A DNA stretch of 63,894 nucleotides, the filler included, from Octopus bimaculoides (taxonomy: Eukaryota), in assembly GCF_001194135.2 (NCBI RefSeq). It is 6 parts of 6 records of this genome, joined end to end, with 100 filler letters (N's around TTAATTAATTAA, not from the genome) between each part and the next. Parts side by side here need not be neighbours in the genome. Positions count along the whole stretch, not along the records: positions 59,218 to 61,712 come from NC_068996.1; positions 61,813 to 63,894 come from NW_026407957.1; 4 more parts are not named here. The stretch is one strand, 5' to 3'. The position numbers and the translations under genes were made by a program. The notes below the pieces were generated by a model. That model did not search any database and was not told where the DNA came from. It saw nothing but the letters and a program-made list of their open reading frames with translations. The stretch's first letter is position 1; every line of letters starts with the position of its first letter. Below, in pieces: positions 60,128 through 63,894 of this stretch.

Positions 60128-61290
60128 ACATTATAGACGCAGCGGAGAGTCGGATTCGTGTTATATGTTCATGACAAGCCCACATGTCTCTAATGCAAGG
60201 ACATTGAATGATACGACAGCGTACAATATGGTTTCGTCTTCCTGCACGTATCTCGGATTGACGGGCATTTCTATACCCATCTCGAAAGATAATGCTCTCT
60301 TGTAATGCTGCTATGCTAAAGACTTTTGAAAGTTGTCCATAGTCGTGCTAAAATCCTCCAAAAAATTATTGCTCAGACTTTTCTCGTCGATTACCAGAAT
60401 CAATCCCAAGCCACGACTGTTCATTCCCTCAACAGCCATCTATAGAAACCTAGAGTTATTTTCCAGCTGATAGAGTACTATGAGTGCCTGGAAACATTCT
60501 AGATGCCAAACGCCTGGCCTCGATCTACGCTTGACAATGATTGTAGCTCGCTAAAGGAGATGAACTGCAAACAACATTGTCACGAAAGGCGCCAACACCA
60601 GTTCGCTTTCGTTTTCGTTGTTATCGTCCTTGTTGCAACGTGCCCAGACATGCCTGCTCGTTTTGTCAGCCTCACATCTTACCATTACATCATCAGAAAC
60701 CACCCGAGACCGCGACGGAGTGATGGTGCCAGAAGAGGGATTTACTGATTAACGGACCTGTCATTTCCATTACAAGCAGAAAAGCAAGTGCTCGTTTGAT
60801 CAGAATTTTCTTAGAACAGTTCAACAGCCAGACGGTAGCACAGCACTGGGACGCGTTTGTCCCAGTTTAATCGTGTCCCCATGCATACCTGCTACTCTTT
60901 TGGTATAGTGCTGATTGTGTCTAATCTGAAGTANNNNNNNNNNATACCTGCTACTCTTTTGGTATAGTGCTGATTGTGTCTAATCTGAAGTATCAAACAC
61001 CATAATAGGGATCTCGTCCGCGAATGCTGACGCAGTTCTTTTGTAACCCAGTTCAAGCAGAATGCTCCCCAAACTCTCTAACCACTGCAGCAAAGGGTCC
61101 ACCGACTAAACATTCAAGAGAGGGGGAGAAGAGGCATCCTTGACAGACTGAGAACGTTTGATACTAAATGATTCCAAAAGGTGACCATTTGAACACCAAA
61201 TAAATGCCTCTATATATTGTGGTGACAACTTTTAGGACAACTGTCATGTAGCAATTGTCCACAATGTCAGATGCTTTAGGCTACTACTAC
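60128..61290 (-). mobile_element. Tx1/L1-clade LINE ORF2 relic (RT plus C-terminal zinc domain)
   Basis: KASDIVDNCY; NGHLLESFSIKRS; SVCQGCL/SPLL; SAFADEIPIMV (YADD equivalent); PRYVQEDETILYA; QCPCIRDMWAC...RIRLSAASI. Confidence 0.85.
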
Positions 61291-61381
61291 NNNNNNNNNN
61301 NNNNNNNNNNNNNNNNNNNNNNNNNNNNNNNNNNNNNNNNNNNNNNNNNNNNNNNNNNNNNNNNNNNNNNNNNNNNNNNNN

Positions 61382-61538
61382 TTGATGTTACTCCTCCAGA
61401 AAGTAAAGAGACAATAAAAAGAGAGCGACTGTTATCGAATGAACTTGTGGAAAGCACACGAGATGTCGAAATATTGTTCATTCGATAAAAGCCGCACTCT
61501 TTTAATTGTTTCTTTACTTTCTGGAGGAGTAACGTCAA
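61382..61538. mobile_element. Fold-back MITE-like element with 63-bp imperfect inverted arms and a 31-bp spacer
   Basis: 61382-61444 is the inverted homologue of 61476-61538; spacer plus right arm recur at 61624-61694. Confidence 0.75.
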
Positions 61539-61712
61539 TCCTTTAAATATTACCAAAATGAAGTAGANNNNNNNNNNAATCCTTTAAATATTACCAAAAT
61601 GAAGTAGATTGAGATGTTTATTTTGAATTTGTGGAAGACACACGAGATGTCGAAGTATTGTTTATTTGATAACAGTCGCACTCTTCTTATTGTTTCAATA
61701 ATAACAACAACA

Positions 61713-61812
61713 NNNNNNNNNNNNNNNNNNNNNNNNNNNNNNNNNNNNNNNNNNNNTTAATTAATTAANNNNNNNNNNNNNNNNNNNNNNNNNNNNNNNN
61801 NNNNNNNNNNNN
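61713..61812. other. Artificial scaffold-joining spacer
   Basis: TTAATTAATTAA at 61757-61768 with 44 N each side. Confidence 0.95.
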
Positions 61813-63188
61813 TATATACTCACACACAGACACACACACATAAATATATGCACATAGAGGCACAGAAAAACAACGATGCCATTTTAATTTGGGTCTGTAG
61901 CTGCACTTAAAGGTAGTCTTTTGAAGAGTTTATATAATTATCGCTGATCTCTTTCGTAATATATATACACCGTGAGAAGAAGACCGAAAGTCGTGAATGT
62001 TTTATTGTGATAAAACTGTTGATAAAAGACAAAAGCTAACTTCCAAGTGAACAAAACTAATTAAAGTGAAGTTGGTGAAACGCTTTTTCGGCTTTACTGC
62101 TTGTTGACTGACGAGATGAGTCTGTTAAATAATTCCCAGTGTTTTCACAGCAATCGCAGCGCATGCGCACACCAACACACGGACAAGCGCACACAAACAC
62201 ACATACACAAACATATCTATGTATTTACGTATCTTGTGTGTCTGTATGCGCGCGTGTATATATATATATATATATATATATGCTTATATAAGTATATATA
62301 TGTATGTCTATATGTATNNNNNNNNNNNNNNNNNNNNNNNNNNNNNNNNNNNNNNNNNNNNNNNNNNNNNNNNNNNNNNNNNNNNNNNNNNNNNNNNNNN
62401 NNNNNNNNNNNNNNNNNNNNNNNNNNNNNNNNNNNNNNNNNNNNNNNNNNNNNNNNNNNNNNNNNNNNNNNNNNNNNNNNNNNNNNNNNNNNNNNNNNNN
62501 NNNNNNNNNNNNNNNNNNNNNNNNNNNNNNNNNNNNNNNNNNNNNNNNNNNNNNNNNNNNNNNNNNNNNNNNNNNNNNNNNNNNNNNNNNNNNNNNNNNN
62601 NNNNNNNNNNNNNNNNNNNNNNNNNNNNNNNNNNNNNNNNNNNNNNNNNNNNNNNNNNNNNNNNNNNNNNNNNNNNNNNNNNNNNNNNNNNNNNNNNNNN
62701 NNNNNNNNNNNNNNNNNNNNNNNNNNNNNNNNNNNNNNNNNNNNNNNNNNNNNNNNNNNNNNNNNNNNNNNNNNNNNNNNNNNNNNNNNNNNNNNNNNNN
62801 NNNNNNNNNNNNNNNNNNNNNNNNNNNNNNNNNNNNNNNNNNNNNNNNNNNNNNNNNNNNNNNNNNNNNNNNNNNNNNNNNNNNNNNNNNNNNNNNNNNN
62901 NNNNNNNNNNNNNNNNNNNNNNNNNNNNNNNNNNNNNNNNNNNNNNNNNNNNNNNNNNNNNNNNNNNNNNNNNNNNNNNNNNNNNNNNNNNNNNNNNNNN
63001 NNNNNNNNNNNNNNNNNNNNNNNNNNNNNNNNNNNNNNNNNNNNNNNNNNNNNNNNNNNNNNNNNNNNNNNNNNNNNNNNNNNNNNNNNNNNNNNNNNNN
63101 NNNNNNNNNNNNNNNNNNNNNNNNNNNNNNNNNNNNNNNNNNNNNNNNNNNNNNNNNNNNNNNNNNNNNNNNNNNNNNNNNNNNNNNN

Positions 63189-63257
<69 letters not shown>

Positions 63258-63415
63258 AAGGAGGTCTGATGAATATATCTTTATACTTCCTTGTATTTCT
63301 GTGCACATACTTCATTATCATTGCGATCTCAATAATATTAGCGCCAATACATACACGCGAGCAAATGCAAAAAAGCAGATGCATACATCATATGTATAAA
63401 TACATACACACACAC

Positions 63416-63484
<69 letters not shown>

Positions 63485-63494
63485 NNNNNNNNNN

Positions 63495-63538
<44 letters not shown>

Positions 63539-63539
63539 A

Positions 63540-63594
63540 AACTCTTTAACTCTTTCACTTGTTTCAGATTCAAAGCTGCGGTCATGCTGGGGCA
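63540..63594 (-). mobile_element. SINE family B 3' tail fragment
   Basis: ctctttaactctttcacttgtttcag...gctgcggtcatgctggggcac. Confidence 0.65.
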
Positions 63595-63808
63595 CATATA
63601 TATTATGTATGTATGTATGTATGTATGTATGTATGTATGTATGTATGTATGTATGTATGTATGCGTGTGTGTATGTATATATATATGTCTGTGTGTGTGT
63701 GTATTTGTTATCCATCACCGCCAAACAAACGTTGTTGGTTTGTTTACGCCCCTCGTTAAGAATTACGAGTCACGATTTCTCCGATTAAATCCTGCAAGGA
63801 TACACACA

Positions 63809-63881
<73 letters not shown>

Positions 63882-63894
63882 TTATATATATATG

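Noticed and set aside
60885-60992. Exact 49-bp direct repeat around a 10-N gap (also a 31-bp one at 61537-61608)
   Set aside because: Typical unmerged contig overlap (negative gap); assembly artefact rather than TSD or tandem duplication.
2410-63399. The long ORFs in the track (e.g. 36155-37306, 62101-63399, 59424-60305)
   Set aside because: Their length comes from N-gaps translated as X; the real residues are microsatellite-derived (YI, HT, CV runs).

Overview
Repeat-saturated, AT-rich animal genomic DNA. The SINE, LINE, MITE and microsatellite repertoire strongly suggests an octopus (Octopus sp.); this is recognition from memory, not a database result. The window is not contiguous. Five identical 100-bp spacers (N44-TTAATTAATTAA-N44) join six separately assembled pieces: 1-12739, 12840-38871, 38972-56752, 56853-59117, 59218-61712 and 61813-63894. 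No intact protein-coding gene was recognisable, and nearly all supplied ORFs come from N-gaps or microsatellites. What is supported: at least four tRNA-derived SINE families (my labels A-D); relics of mariner, maT-like, hAT, RTE, Tx1/L1, R4-like (RLE) and Penelope-like (GIY-YIG) elements; piggyBac-, hAT- and mariner-type MITEs; and a 5S rRNA pseudogene. Most interesting observations: (1) a fully canonical minimal type I hammerhead ribozyme at 20279-20334 (-) inside a fold-back repeat, plus several related hammerhead relics and Penelope endonuclease relics; (2) a 5S pseudogene fused head-to-body to a SINE; (3) a CpG-rich motif cluster resembling a housekeeping or bidirectional promoter (50360-50537) inside an otherwise CpG-poor scaffold, with candidate exons nearby; (4) several long hairpins that could form dsRNA.
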